64,000 bases of DNA. It comes from an archaeon GW2011_AR10. GTDB lineage: Archaea; Iainarchaeota; Iainarchaeia; Iainarchaeales; GW2011-AR10. The stretch spans positions 1,071,311-1,135,310 of the forward strand of contig CP010424.1 in assembly GCA_000830275.1 (NCBI GenBank). Reading direction: 5' to 3'. Within the stretch, counting starts at the first letter, position 1. Each line of letters starts with the position of its first letter. The position numbers were made by a program, and so were the translations under genes. Under the pieces are notes generated by a model, which made no database searches, was not told the DNA's origin, and worked only from the letters and a program-made list of their open reading frames with translations. Positions 27,125-37,255 of this stretch are shown piece after piece.

Positions 27125-30100
27125 CCCTGCTCAGCAGGTATTTTTCGCATTCAGTTGAAACCCTGTTTATGTCCCTTACATCAGTTTCAACCAACTTCTT
27201 TAACACTTTTTCCCTTTCCTTAATTTCCGCTTCAATCTGTTTTCTTTGCATTCCTGTAAACCTTTCAAGCACTTTGAGGTAATTAACTGGCGCACTTGTT
27301 CTCTTTAAACTGTCCGTTGCGGCATCATACTCGAATATTGCCTGGGTTTTTGTTTTTCCTTCAAGCACGCCGTATACCTCAGAAATTTCTGTAATCCTCC
27401 TGATAGTACCCTTCTTTTTGTCGTGTAGCCTGTGCTCAACAATTATGAAGTCAAGGCCGCTCATCATTATTTCCGGCACGTTCATCGGGGGAGAAGTAAT
27501 CCTTACAATTGTTTCCTCCGGCGAATTAGCGTGAACTGTGCCAAGGCAGTTTGAAACAAATAGGCCGTTTGCAATGTAATTGTGGTTGTCTTTTACAGTC
27601 AAGTCATACATATAACCATTGAACTCTTCTTCTTCAATTTTCACAATTTCCTCAAATCGGAAATCTGAATTGACTAGCATTAAAACCTCTTTGCCCATTG
27701 AAGTGTTAGCGGTAATATTTGCGATTTTTTCTAGCTGGTTTCTTGAAGGGCTTCTTTTATTTGTTTCATATGCCTCAATGGTTGACCTTGTCTGCGTTCC
27801 CATTAATGAAGCCAGTTCTGTTTGCGTCATTGAAGCATCATTTCTTGCTTTTCTAATCAGTGCAGAAATTTTTGGGAACAAATCTTTTGCATTTTTTGAA
27901 CTTAAAATTAATTTTTCAAGTTTTTTACTTTTTTCAGCATGCCCAAATCCTATTTTGTTTGCAAATTTTTCTAAATTGTCCTTTCCATAAATTGATACCC
28001 TATAATATGGCCCAATTTTTCCTTTTCCGTCCCTTTCTTGGGTGTTTAGCGATGAATGAATGCCAAATCTTTGAATTATCATTGGAAGCTTTCTGGCTAT
28101 CCTGGGGTTGGAGGTTGAAAACTGAATTGATTGAGAGTGAAGATTTACGTGAGCATCTGCATCAAATAAGCCCCTGATAAGTTTTCCAAGCCCTGATTGG
28201 CTCGCGGTCAAAACTTTTTTATTTAATTCAAAAATTTTTGTCTTGTTTCCAAGAGGGATGTCATATTCGTTTACGATTTTTTTGACCAATTTTTTGTCAT
28301 AAACATTTACTCTTGAAAAGCCACCGAAATCTTTGATTGAAATCTTATTTTTTGTAACTTCCCCAATTCCCCTTTCAAAACTTTGTATAAGGGACGGTTC
28401 TTTGTTAACAAACTGGATTCCTTCGCTGTGGATGTGCCCGTCTCCGTAAATTAAACCCATAAGATACGGTTTAATTATTTCTTCACTTGCATTAATTGGA
28501 ATTTGCTTTGGAAACGCAATAAAGTCCCCTTTTTTTGCTTCTTCTGCATTTATTTCCTGAATGCCATTGTTTATTCTGTAAATGGGGTGGTCTTCAGTTA
28601 ACCTAATTTCTTTGCCTGACTTGGTTTTAATTCTTCTAATTTTTTGTCTTGCATTTTTTCTCCAAACCCTTATTACTGGGTTATCCTCAATTTTAAACGT
28701 TTTTTTGTTGAAGCTTGGGACAAATATTTCCCCCTTAATATCAACAAATTCAAAGTCCCCTTCTTTTAAGGGATTTTTTTCCATGAATTTATTTTCAACA
28801 AAATTTCCTATTTCCTCAATGTTGCCATTAGAAAACTGAATTAATGTATCGCCTGTTGTTGCACCATCATGGCCCGTATTCATTGCAGTGAACAATGAGA
28901 ATGCCTCATCGTGCCTTATTTCTCCTACAATTATCCTGTCAGGCCTCATCCTCAAAGAGTTCTTGGTTAAAATGTCAAGGCTTATTTCTCCTGTTCCTTC
29001 AATGCCCGGCGGCCTTCCCTCAAACCTTATCCAGTGCTTGAGCGGAAGATTCAATTCAGCAGTGTCTTCGATTGAAATAATTCTCTCGTGCCTTGGAATA
29101 AATGATGCCAGCACGTTCAATGTTGTTGTTTTGCCGCTTCCAGTGCCGCCTGAAATGACAATGTTTGCAGGCTTCACTCCCATGCCTTCAACGCAAGCCC
29201 ACAGAAAAGCTGAGGCTTCCAGTGTCACAGTGTTCATTTTAATCAAATCAATCATGGAGAAAGGGTCTCCCCTAAATTTCCTGATAGTTAAAGTTGCACC
29301 GCTGACTGAAGCCGGAGGGATTGTTGCGTTGACCCTGCTGCCGTCAGGCAGCCTTGCATCCAGAAGAGGAGCCGAAATGTCAATCCTTCTTCCCACTTGC
29401 CGTGCAATCCTGTTAACCAAGTCAATTATTTCTTGGTCAGAGAAAAACTCAATGTTTGTTGTCATCATCTCATACTGCCTGTGGAAAACGTAAACAGGCT
29501 GGCCTTGGCCGATAACCATTATTTCCTCAAGTTTGTCGTCGTTAACCAGCGGGTCAATCATGCCGTAGCCAACCATTTCTCTTACAACTGCATCAGCGTA
29601 AAAGTCAAACCTTGAGGCAGGAATGTTTAATTCAGGCGAGCTGCGTATTATCTCCATTATTCGCTGATAGTAAACGTTTCTTTTCTGCTCCGGGTCCCTG
29701 ATTTTGTAAGGAGTGATGCTGATAATTCTTGTTGCCGCTTCCTTTATGGTGTTAATGATTGTTTTCTCTGTGCCAGCGGAGCGCGGCACCGGAGTCCAAT
29801 AGTATAGCAGGGGCTCCCCCTCAACCCTGTAAATTTTTATGTTCCCATAAGAGTCTATTTCCTCCTTTTCTGCCTGCTCCATTTGTTTTTCGGTTTTGGA
29901 TTTGGCTGTCTTAACTGGAAGGCGCTGTTCAGTTGCAGGGGCAACTTCCAAAGCCTCTTGTTCTGTTTCCTTAACTGCTTCGGGTTTTTTTCTGGAGCTC
30001 GGTTCCTTTACTGATTCCCTTGGAATAACAATTTTTGTAAAAATTTTTGCAGGCTTAAACGGTTCTATTTCAGCAGGGGCTGCTTTGCGTTGAGCTTCTC

Positions 30101-30257
30101 CCTCCGGCATCCTTTTGAGGGCCTCAATGATTTTCTGCTTCTTTTGTTCCTTCTCTTCCTCGGCTTTTGAGTCAGCAACGCCTGCCTTTTTCTTCTTCAT
30201 TTGCTCAATCAAGTCACCCATATAGCTAGGCATGGCTAATCCATTATGAAGACGCAT
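27102..30257 (-). CDS. VirB11/FlaI/KlbA-type secretion ATPase interrupted by an intein
   Basis: Walker A ISGGTGSGKTTTLNVL. The His-box reads TGHDG|A...N|CLGTVHANS, where the paralog (6245-7816) has the uninterrupted TGHQGSMGTLHSNS. Long charged N-terminal extension. Confidence 0.8.
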   Translation of the reverse strand: MRLHNGLAMPSYMGDLIEQMKKKKAGVADSKAEEEKEQKKQKIIEALKRMPEGEAQRKAAPAEIEPFKPAKIFTKIVIPRESVKEPSSRKKPEAVKETEQEALEVAPATEQRLPVKTAKSKTEKQMEQAEKEEIDSYGNIKIYRVEGEPLLYYWTPVPRSAGTEKTIINTIKEAATRIISITPYKIRDPEQKRNVYYQRIMEIIRSSPELNIPASRFDFYADAVVREMVGYGMIDPLVNDDKLEEIMVIGQGQPVYVFHRQYEMMTTNIEFFSDQEIIDLVNRIARQVGRRIDISAPLLDARLPDGSRVNATIPPASVSGATLTIRKFRGDPFSMIDLIKMNTVTLEASAFLWACVEGMGVKPANIVISGGTGSGKTTTLNVLASFIPRHERIISIEDTAELNLPLKHWIRFEGRPPGIEGTGEISLDILTKNSLRMRPDRIIVGEIRHDEAFSLFTAMNTGHDGATTGDTLIQFSNGNIEEIGNFVENKFMEKNPLKEGDFEFVDIKGEIFVPSFNKKTFKIEDNPVIRVWRKNARQKIRRIKTKSGKEIRLTEDHPIYRINNGIQEINAEEAKKGDFIAFPKQIPINASEEIIKPYLMGLIYGDGHIHSEGIQFVNKEPSLIQSFERGIGEVTKNKISIKDFGGFSRVNVYDKKLVKKIVNEYDIPLGNKTKIFELNKKVLTASQSGLGKLIRGLFDADAHVNLHSQSIQFSTSNPRIARKLPMIIQRFGIHSSLNTQERDGKGKIGPYYRVSIYGKDNLEKFANKIGFGHAEKSKKLEKLILSSKNAKDLFPKISALIRKARNDASMTQTELASLMGTQTRSTIEAYETNKRSPSRNQLEKIANITANTSMGKEVLMLVNSDFRFEEIVKIEEEEFNGYMYDLTVKDNHNYIANGLFVSNCLGTVHANSPEETIVRITSPPMNVPEIMMSGLDFIIVEHRLHDKKKGTIRRITEISEVYGVLEGKTKTQAIFEYDAATDSLKRTSAPVNYLKVLERFTGMQRKQIEAEIKEREKVLKKLVETDVRDINRVSTECEKYLLSRGGKRAFN
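27549..28862 (-). mobile_element. Intein (438 aa, Ala1-type like Mja KlbA) with LAGLIDADG homing endonuclease
   Basis: Inserted exactly between G465 and C904. Starts with Ala, ends ...NHNYIANGLFVSN, with C as +1. Two LAGLIDADG motifs (LMGLIYGDGHI, LIRGLFDADAHV) plus an HTH-like segment. Confidence 0.75.
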
Positions 30258-30363
30258 TTCTCTTATTTAAACATTGCTTTGCGTTTTTTTTCTCAGCAGC
30301 CCAAGCACAGGCCCTTGTCTTTATGTTCAAGAGGGCTAATGCTTTTGAAGATGGAGACTGCTT

Positions 30364-31494
30364 TCATTTAGTGGCTTGCGCTTCCTGTTTTCCCATGAAG
30401 CCGTCAAGCACATTTAGGTTAAAGTTGAACAGGAAAACGTAAACAGGAGTTAAAACTAGCAGAATCACATACTGCAGTGCCACAAAAATTGCAATCAAAA
30501 TCGTGGCTCCACCCAGTGCAACAACAATTAATAGCGCCATATTTCCCTGCAGCACCGGGTAAAGCAGAACGCCTAGTGCGATCACTGCAATCATAAGAAA
30601 AACCGTGAAAATTGCCACAAAAAGCCCTATGATAAAGGCTAGTCCCATCAAAACAAGCAAGAACGCTATCTGCAATGCAATCAAAATGACTAGCTCTACG
30701 GGTTTGCTGAAACCTATTAGAATTCCCTGCAATAGTGCGCTGAAAGCATTAATGTTTTTCCTGTACATCAAATAAACGCCGAACTGCCCCAAAAAATAAT
30801 TCACCGCTGCAAAGAATACCAATCCGATAATTCCTACAACTGCCAGGAGCACAAGCGTGCTCGAGTCCTTCAAGAAAGCAAGCTGCGGCAGAACGCTTTC
30901 AAGCCCCAAGCCAGGTGAAAATAGATTCCAGAAAAAGCCAATCAATGCAAGAACCAAGAAAACAAGAAACGGAAGCATGGCAAGAAAAATCATTGTTTCA
31001 AGCAGTGAGAGGCTGAATCCCTTTGAAATGTTTGATGGAATTGATCGAACGCTTACTTCGCCTGTTTCAGCGCCTCTTATTGCGGAAAACATTGCTGCGT
31101 TCCCCAAAATCCTTAAAAAAAACATAATGACGAACAGCACTATTAACACAACGATTATCCAGAAAATTATTCCTTCAAAATTAATTTCCGAATCATTAAG
31201 CACTGCTAAAGCGCTTGCAATTGTATCGACATTGTTTTCTTCCTGTGCAACTGAAGAGCTGATGCCATTTTCGAGGCCGCCTGATGGTCTTTCCTGCAGC
31301 ACATCAAAAAAACCTGAAAAATCTCCTGAACCAAAATTGAAGTTTGCCCCACTATAGAAGCCGCTGCCAGTGAAAAGAGTGAAAACAAGGAGAATGAAAG
31401 CAAATCGCAGCCACCTTCCAACCATGTTCGGTTTGTTAAAGAAGGCTTCTGTCTGCTTGAAGCTTTTTCCCAGTGCATCAGTTGCGATCGGCAT
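30364..31494 (-). CDS. Polytopic membrane protein, hypothetical (end of pilus locus)
   Basis: ~8 TM helices, Gly/Phe-rich loop. Confidence 0.4.
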   Translation of the reverse strand: MPIATDALGKSFKQTEAFFNKPNMVGRWLRFAFILLVFTLFTGSGFYSGANFNFGSGDFSGFFDVLQERPSGGLENGISSSVAQEENNVDTIASALAVLNDSEINFEGIIFWIIVVLIVLFVIMFFLRILGNAAMFSAIRGAETGEVSVRSIPSNISKGFSLSLLETMIFLAMLPFLVFLVLALIGFFWNLFSPGLGLESVLPQLAFLKDSSTLVLLAVVGIIGLVFFAAVNYFLGQFGVYLMYRKNINAFSALLQGILIGFSKPVELVILIALQIAFLLVLMGLAFIIGLFVAIFTVFLMIAVIALGVLLYPVLQGNMALLIVVALGGATILIAIFVALQYVILLVLTPVYVFLFNFNLNVLDGFMGKQEAQATK

Positions 31495-31526
31495 TTTCCT
31501 TAGAATAGATTGGTGGTTTTGCCTAT

Positions 31527-33257
31527 TTATTTCTTTTCATCTATTTCCTTCCGCAGTTTTTCAACAAAACCATCAATTTTTTCGTTAAAGCGAACTTTTC
31601 CGTTCCGCTCCCTAACCGCAATTGTTTTATTGTTTTTCTCTTTCTCTCCCACGATTACAATGTAGTTTACTTTCTGCATCTGCGCGTTTCTCACCTTGTA
31701 GGAAACAGTTTCATTGCTGAGGTCAAGTTTGCTCCTAATCCCTGATTCCACAAGCTTTCTGTGCACTTCCTCCGCGTACTTGTTGAAATTTTCCCCCACA
31801 GCTAAAATCCTAACCTGCTCCGGGCTGAGCCACAAGGGAAACGCTCCAGCAAAGTGCTCGATTAGTATTCCGATGAATCTCTCCATTGAGCCATAAACAA
31901 CCCTGTGAAGCATTATTGGCATTTCTCGCTCATCTTTTTCGTTAATGAAAAACAGCTCAAACTTTTCAGGCATTAAAAAATCAACCTGGATTGTTGCGCA
32001 CTGCCATGTCCTGCCAAGAGAGTCCTTTATGTGGAAATCAATTTTTGGACCATAGAATGCCCCATCCCCTTCATTCACTTTGAACTTTGCTTTCCTTTTC
32101 TTTAAGGTGTTCTCTAGTGCAGCAGTGGCCTTTTTCCACGCTTCATCCGAGCCCATCGCGTTCTCCGGCTTTGTGCTAAGCTCTATGTGGTAAGAGAAAC
32201 CGCATTTGCCGTAAACAAAGTCAATTAACTCAATTACTTTTCCAATCTCTTCCTCTATCTGCTTCAGAGAGCAAAAAATGTGTGCATCATCCTGCGTGAA
32301 CTTCCTCACCCTGAACAGGCCGTTCAGGACACCGCTTAATTCATGCCTGTGCACAATTCCGAATTCAGTTATCCTTTGTGGAAGCTCCCTGTAAGAATGC
32401 CGCGAGTTCTTGTATATGAGGATGTGGCCAGGGCAATTCATTGGCTTAATGGCGTAACCCTCTTCATCTATTTCAGTGAAGTACATGTTTTCCTTGTAGT
32501 GGTCCCAGTGCCCTGACTTCTTCCAGAGTTCTTCCTTCATTATTATTGGCGTTGTCACTTCAACGTAGCCGCGCTTGAACTGCTCTTTCCTCAAAAAGCC
32601 CTCTAGCTCGTTCCAGACAATTTTTCCTTTTGGGTGAAAGAAAACTGTGCCAGGCGCTTCCTCCTGCATCGAGAAAAGGTCAAGCTCTTTGCCCAGCCTC
32701 AAGTGGTTTCTTTTCTCGGCTTTCTCTACTCTCTTGACCCACTCTTCGAGCATGCTTTTTTCCGGGAAAGCAATGCCATAAATTCTCTGCAGCATAGGAT
32801 TTTTTTCGCTGCCCCTCCAGTAGGCCCCGGATGTCTTAACAAGCTTCACTGCCTTGATTTTGCCCGTGCTTTCAACGTGGCCCCCCTTGCATAAATCCAG
32901 AAACTTCCCTTGGCTGAAAACAGTGAGCTTTTTTCCCTCACCTGCAAACTCGTTTATTAGCTCTTGCTTGAATTGGTTGCCCTTAAACAACTGTAAGGCT
33001 TCTTCTTTGCTGATTTCTTTGCCTACAATTTTGTCATTTCTCTTAATAATTTCACTCATTTTCTGCTCTATTTTTTTCAAATCATCAGGAGTGAATGGTT
33101 TTTTCACATCAAAGTCATAGTAGAAGCCTTCCTCTATCGGCGGCCCAATAGTTGGTTTTGCATCAGGGAAAAGGCTTGTAACCGCTTCAGCCAAAACATG
33201 TGAGGCAGTATGCCACAACTGTTGCCTGTATTCTTGCTCGGACCATTTTCCAGCCAT
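31527..33257 (-). CDS. thrS: Threonyl-tRNA synthetase
   Basis: N-terminal editing-domain motif WHTASHVLAEAV (HxxxH); class II core with FRVRKFTQDDAHIF; C-terminal anticodon-binding domain. Confidence 0.8.
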   Translation of the reverse strand: MAGKWSEQEYRQQLWHTASHVLAEAVTSLFPDAKPTIGPPIEEGFYYDFDVKKPFTPDDLKKIEQKMSEIIKRNDKIVGKEISKEEALQLFKGNQFKQELINEFAGEGKKLTVFSQGKFLDLCKGGHVESTGKIKAVKLVKTSGAYWRGSEKNPMLQRIYGIAFPEKSMLEEWVKRVEKAEKRNHLRLGKELDLFSMQEEAPGTVFFHPKGKIVWNELEGFLRKEQFKRGYVEVTTPIIMKEELWKKSGHWDHYKENMYFTEIDEEGYAIKPMNCPGHILIYKNSRHSYRELPQRITEFGIVHRHELSGVLNGLFRVRKFTQDDAHIFCSLKQIEEEIGKVIELIDFVYGKCGFSYHIELSTKPENAMGSDEAWKKATAALENTLKKRKAKFKVNEGDGAFYGPKIDFHIKDSLGRTWQCATIQVDFLMPEKFELFFINEKDEREMPIMLHRVVYGSMERFIGILIEHFAGAFPLWLSPEQVRILAVGENFNKYAEEVHRKLVESGIRSKLDLSNETVSYKVRNAQMQKVNYIVIVGEKEKNNKTIAVRERNGKVRFNEKIDGFVEKLRKEIDEKK

Positions 33258-33491
33258 CAGCTCACGTTAATACTTAGAACCGCAAAAGAAGAAATAGGTT
33301 TCTGTTCCTGCCTGCTCAACAGTTGGTTTTGCTGATGTCAAAAACCACCGACTGAAGTCGGTGGCATGTTTTGATGCTTCTAATAGAAGCAAGTGGTTTT
33401 TGACAGTAGCAATTCCACTAAACCACTGTTTCAAAACAGTGGAATTGCCTGATTTGAATACCGCCATACACTGCCATATAACATCAATTAA

Positions 33492-34775
33492 TTGTTTTCT
33501 TTAATAATACTTTATATGAAGGGACCGCATGGAAAGGTCACTCCGTCTCCTGAGGTTTGCGTTAAGTGCAAGGGCCGCCTTTGGTGCGGGCCAAACTGCT
33601 TCATTCTTGATAGGTTCGAGAAAAAGCAGAGCGCACTAAAATCAATGGAGGGCAGGGAACTGCATGGAAAAACCCCTCCAGGCGTTTTTGTTTCATGGTA
33701 TGGTTACCCAAAAATAAACTTTTCCCCAATGGCTCCTGCCCTTCCAAGCGAAGATTCCTGGATGACTGATGACACAGACAAATGGTTCGGCTTGCATGCA
33801 GAAAAAATAATTTCTTTCAGGGAAAACCTTGTGAGGGGCAGTATGCAGCTCAAGGCAAAGCAGGCTTCAAACCCATCATATGCATTGCTTGACGTGCAGG
33901 AAACACTTATGGCAAAAAAGCCGGTGGAAATTGAAATGGAGCTAAAGAATGCACCGCACGCAAGGAGCCTCTCGTTTTCCGACTTTCATGCGCCGATGGG
34001 CCCGCAAGCAGAACTCAAAAAATTCACCTTAACAGAGAACCCTTCCGTTAACAGAAGAATTGATTCCCTTGTTTCAGACACTGATGTAAAAGCAAAAGAC
34101 GCAATGGTTGAGCTTTATGGGAGCAATGTTGGGGTAAACCAGCTTCACAAGATTTTAAGCGCCGGAATGCTCGGAGTGAAAAAAAACAGGAAGTTAACCC
34201 CAACTAGGTGGTCTATTGTGGCAATTGATAGCAACTTATCAGAGCACTTCATTGAAGAAAGAATAAAGCACTTCCCTCAATTGCAGCAAATCCAGTTATT
34301 TCACTCAGCGTACCTTGAAAACTACTACTTCATCCTGCTTTTGCCGCGCGAGTGGAGCTTCGAACTGCTTGAGGCATGGATGCCTGGGGCTTCTTGGGCA
34401 TTGGAAGCAAAGGAACCGCAGTTCATGGCTGATTACGAATTCTATGATGGAAGAAAGGATTACGCTGAAAACACTGCTGGCGGCTACTATGCTGCAAGAA
34501 TTGCAATTGCAGAGCACCTTCTTGAAAAAAAAAGGCAGGCAACAGCACTGGTTTTCAGGGAGATTGGAGATTCAGGGATTCCAAGCCTTGGAGTTTGGAA
34601 ATGCAGGGAAACAGTGCGAGATGCAATGAAAAAGAAGCCGCTCTCATTCAACAGCCTTGGGCTGGCACTAAAGTACGTTGAGTCAAAGCTTTCAATCCAG
34701 TTAAAGTACTGGAAAAAGCACTCACAGATTTTAGACCAAGTGCTCCACCAGAAAAAGCTGTCCGACTTCTCTTAA
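33492..34775 (+). CDS. Nre-family putative DNA repair protein (DUF650/DUF651)
   Basis: N-terminal CVKCKGRLWCGPNC zinc-finger signature; ~430 aa; family recalled from this motif. Confidence 0.5.
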   Translation: MFSLIILYMKGPHGKVTPSPEVCVKCKGRLWCGPNCFILDRFEKKQSALKSMEGRELHGKTPPGVFVSWYGYPKINFSPMAPALPSEDSWMTDDTDKWFGLHAEKIISFRENLVRGSMQLKAKQASNPSYALLDVQETLMAKKPVEIEMELKNAPHARSLSFSDFHAPMGPQAELKKFTLTENPSVNRRIDSLVSDTDVKAKDAMVELYGSNVGVNQLHKILSAGMLGVKKNRKLTPTRWSIVAIDSNLSEHFIEERIKHFPQLQQIQLFHSAYLENYYFILLLPREWSFELLEAWMPGASWALEAKEPQFMADYEFYDGRKDYAENTAGGYYAARIAIAEHLLEKKRQATALVFREIGDSGIPSLGVWKCRETVRDAMKKKPLSFNSLGLALKYVESKLSIQLKYWKKHSQILDQVLHQKKLSDFS

Positions 34776-34779
34776 AGTT

Positions 34780-35742
34780 TTACTCGTCTTTTTTCATGAA
34801 TTGAGCGAGCAGTGCTTCTAACTGGATTCTCTCATTTGCTCCTTCAACCAGCCTGAAATTGTATTCCCCTATCTTGTCAACCAATTCAATCTTTCTCTTG
34901 CTTGGGAGCTCTTTTTCTGGCATAGCAATCACTTCACGGTACATTTGAGTTACAACGTCTTCCCCCGACATTCCATAGTCATACATTAGGCTGCGGAGTT
35001 TTTCCCCGGCTTCAATAAAATTTCCTTTTAGCGCTAAGTCAATCATTTCCCTTATTTCAGCCGGCCGTGCCCTGCTTGCAACATTGAAAACACTTTTCTC
35101 GTCAACTTTTTTGCTCAATGAACTGCTTGCCTGCAGGACATTGACTGCCTTCCTCAAGTCGCCTTCGCTTACATAATTGATTGCTTCAATTGCTTTCGCA
35201 TCAACTGTTATTCCTTCTTTTTCTGCAATCTCCCTGATTTTCTTTTCCACTTCCTGTGGGGAAAGGCCGCGAAACCTGAAAATAACGCACCTTGATTGGA
35301 TTGGCTCGATAATTCTCGAAGAGTAATTGCAGCTCAGAATAAACCTTGTGGTTCTGGTGTACTTTTCCATTGTTCTCCTGAGTGCCTGCTGTGCATCAGC
35401 AGTCAGGGCATCTGATTCATCAAGAAAAATTATTTTGAAGCCAGAATCGAATGCAAGCGTTCTTGCAAACTCTTTGATTGTTGTCCTTACAACGTCGATG
35501 CCACGGTCATCACTCGCATTGAGCTCTAAAAAATTCTGGTTAAAAGATTTGCCAAACAATTCTTTTGAAAGAGCAACCGCTGCAGAGGTTTTTCCAACCC
35601 CAGCCGGGCCGGCAAACAACATGTTGGGAACGTTCCTGTCCTCGGCAGCCTTTTTCAATCTTGCAGTTATTTCTTTTTGCCCAACGAGTTCGTCAAGTTT
35701 TTGCGGCCTGTGCTTTTCAATCCAAGGCAATCCAATGTCCAT
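34780..35742 (-). CDS. rfcS: Replication factor C small subunit
   Basis: [20 protein letters not shown] Walker A, DESD Walker B, SRC motif IIEPIQSRC. Confidence 0.85.
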   Translation of the reverse strand: MDIGLPWIEKHRPQKLDELVGQKEITARLKKAAEDRNVPNMLFAGPAGVGKTSAAVALSKELFGKSFNQNFLELNASDDRGIDVVRTTIKEFARTLAFDSGFKIIFLDESDALTADAQQALRRTMEKYTRTTRFILSCNYSSRIIEPIQSRCVIFRFRGLSPQEVEKKIREIAEKEGITVDAKAIEAINYVSEGDLRKAVNVLQASSSLSKKVDEKSVFNVASRARPAEIREMIDLALKGNFIEAGEKLRSLMYDYGMSGEDVVTQMYREVIAMPEKELPSKRKIELVDKIGEYNFRLVEGANERIQLEALLAQFMKKDE

Positions 35743-35807
35743 TCTACCCCCAGAAAGAATTTTCCATGATAACAGTTTTAAACTAATGTCAGCACTTATT
35801 TATATAA

Positions 35808-35940
35808 CAAATGACCTTACTTTGTCAAACATTTTTGTCATTTGCTATCTGTCAGGTGACAATAAATATTCAAAAATTAAAGCAGGTTGCTATAGCAAAT
35901 GAACAATAATTGTTCAATTATTAATGTAATTCGCTATAAC
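35808..35940. promoter_or_regulatory. Family-2 repeat element (TTTGCTATA-containing) upstream of rfcS
   Basis: 35837-35880 is the reverse complement of 49386-49429 (2 mismatches in 44 bp). TTGCTATA motifs are repeated. Confidence 0.6.
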
Positions 35941-35964
35941 AAAAAATTTTGTGGAGCGTAGACA

Positions 35965-36444
35965 ATGAACTCAAACCAAGCCTTAAAAGTTGTTTTTCTG
36001 TTTATTCTGTCGTACATTCTGCTTTACTCGCTTGGAGCTGTTTTTGGGGCCTTGACTGGCTTCAGGGATTGGGGTTTCACCACCAACATATTCAAGCTAG
36101 ATTACTTTTACTTTCTAATCCCTATTCCGGCCTTCTTTTTCATGTTCTTCTTGGTTGACTGGATTGAGCAATACTTTGAAACAAAGCTTACGAGAAACTT
36201 TATTTTCCCTGTTTTTTTCGTTGCACTGGCGCTTATCGCATACTATGTTGCAGTATTCTGGTTTTACTGTAACCTGTTCAGCTTGGCCGAGGAATCAGTG
36301 TGCTCTGCCAACGGCTCATCTGCTGCAATGCAGTATGTCTCACAAACCTTTGTTTCCTCTCTTTTACAGTCACCTTACATAATTTTCGTGCTTGCAGCGG
36401 TTTTGGGGTGGCTTTCAAAGCTCTTGGTCGAGCGCTTCGAGTAG
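35965..36444 (+). CDS. Membrane protein, hypothetical
   Basis: 4-5 TM helices. Confidence 0.4.
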   Translation: MNSNQALKVVFLFILSYILLYSLGAVFGALTGFRDWGFTTNIFKLDYFYFLIPIPAFFFMFFLVDWIEQYFETKLTRNFIFPVFFVALALIAYYVAVFWFYCNLFSLAEESVCSANGSSAAMQYVSQTFVSSLLQSPYIIFVLAAVLGWLSKLLVERFE

Positions 36445-36498
36445 CTGCGCCCAATGCTTTTTAAGCCTTTCAAGTGAAAAATATATGGGGTAAAATGC

Positions 36499-37242
36499 AT
36501 GGTGGCAAAACTGGTTTCAAGGGTCTTAAAGCACTATTCAGATAATTTCATTACCGTGCTTGGTTTTGCCATGCTGCTGGTTTTCGTGCTTTTGTTCCTG
36601 CAGCTGCCGTCCAATTTCCTTTCCTCCGGCTCCATAATGCTGGAATTCAGCATCTTGTCCGAGAACTTGCTTGAGTCAGCTGTTCTGCTTCTCTCTGTAA
36701 TTGTTTTCCTGCTGATTTACTCTGCCTTTGTCGCATTAATTGTTTTCGCCGTAAGGAAAGACTTCGGAAAAGTGAAGCTTTACTATTACTTGAACGAAAA
36801 AGTGTACAGCTTCGCTAAAAGATACTTTTTGTTTAACCTGGGTTTCTCTGCGGCCCTTTTCGTGCTTTTATCCGCATTTGTTTATTTGTCCGCGCCAGAA
36901 GCATTAACTGCTTTTGTGCTTTTCGTGGTTGCCGCGCTTTTCATTTTTGTGCCGCAGTCAATTGTTGTTGATGAGGGCTCTATAGAGGCATCGATTTTAA
37001 ACAATTTTGAGTTCATAGGCCAGAACAAGAAATACTTTTTTTTGGTTCTGGCTGCAGGCATAGTGCTGGTTGCATTAATCAACCTCGCTGAATTTTTTAT
37101 TGACAGCCTTTTCTTTGTCGGCAGCTTCATAACCATTGCATTGTCGCTTATTGTGGTTGTGCCGCTAATGGAAATACTAAAAACTGAGTTGTATACAAGA
37201 AAGTTTGAATTGGTTAAACGCACCATTCACATAAGCCGATAA
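36499..37242 (+). CDS. Membrane protein, hypothetical
   Basis: 6-7 TM helices. Confidence 0.4.
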   Translation: MVAKLVSRVLKHYSDNFITVLGFAMLLVFVLLFLQLPSNFLSSGSIMLEFSILSENLLESAVLLLSVIVFLLIYSAFVALIVFAVRKDFGKVKLYYYLNEKVYSFAKRYFLFNLGFSAALFVLLSAFVYLSAPEALTAFVLFVVAALFIFVPQSIVVDEGSIEASILNNFEFIGQNKKYFFLVLAAGIVLVALINLAEFFIDSLFFVGSFITIALSLIVVVPLMEILKTELYTRKFELVKRTIHISR

Positions 37243-37255
37243 ACCAGCACAAAAT

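Noticed and set aside
33267-33467. 66-aa minus-strand ORF
   Set aside because: Composed of the nested palindromes of the thrS/nre intergenic region.
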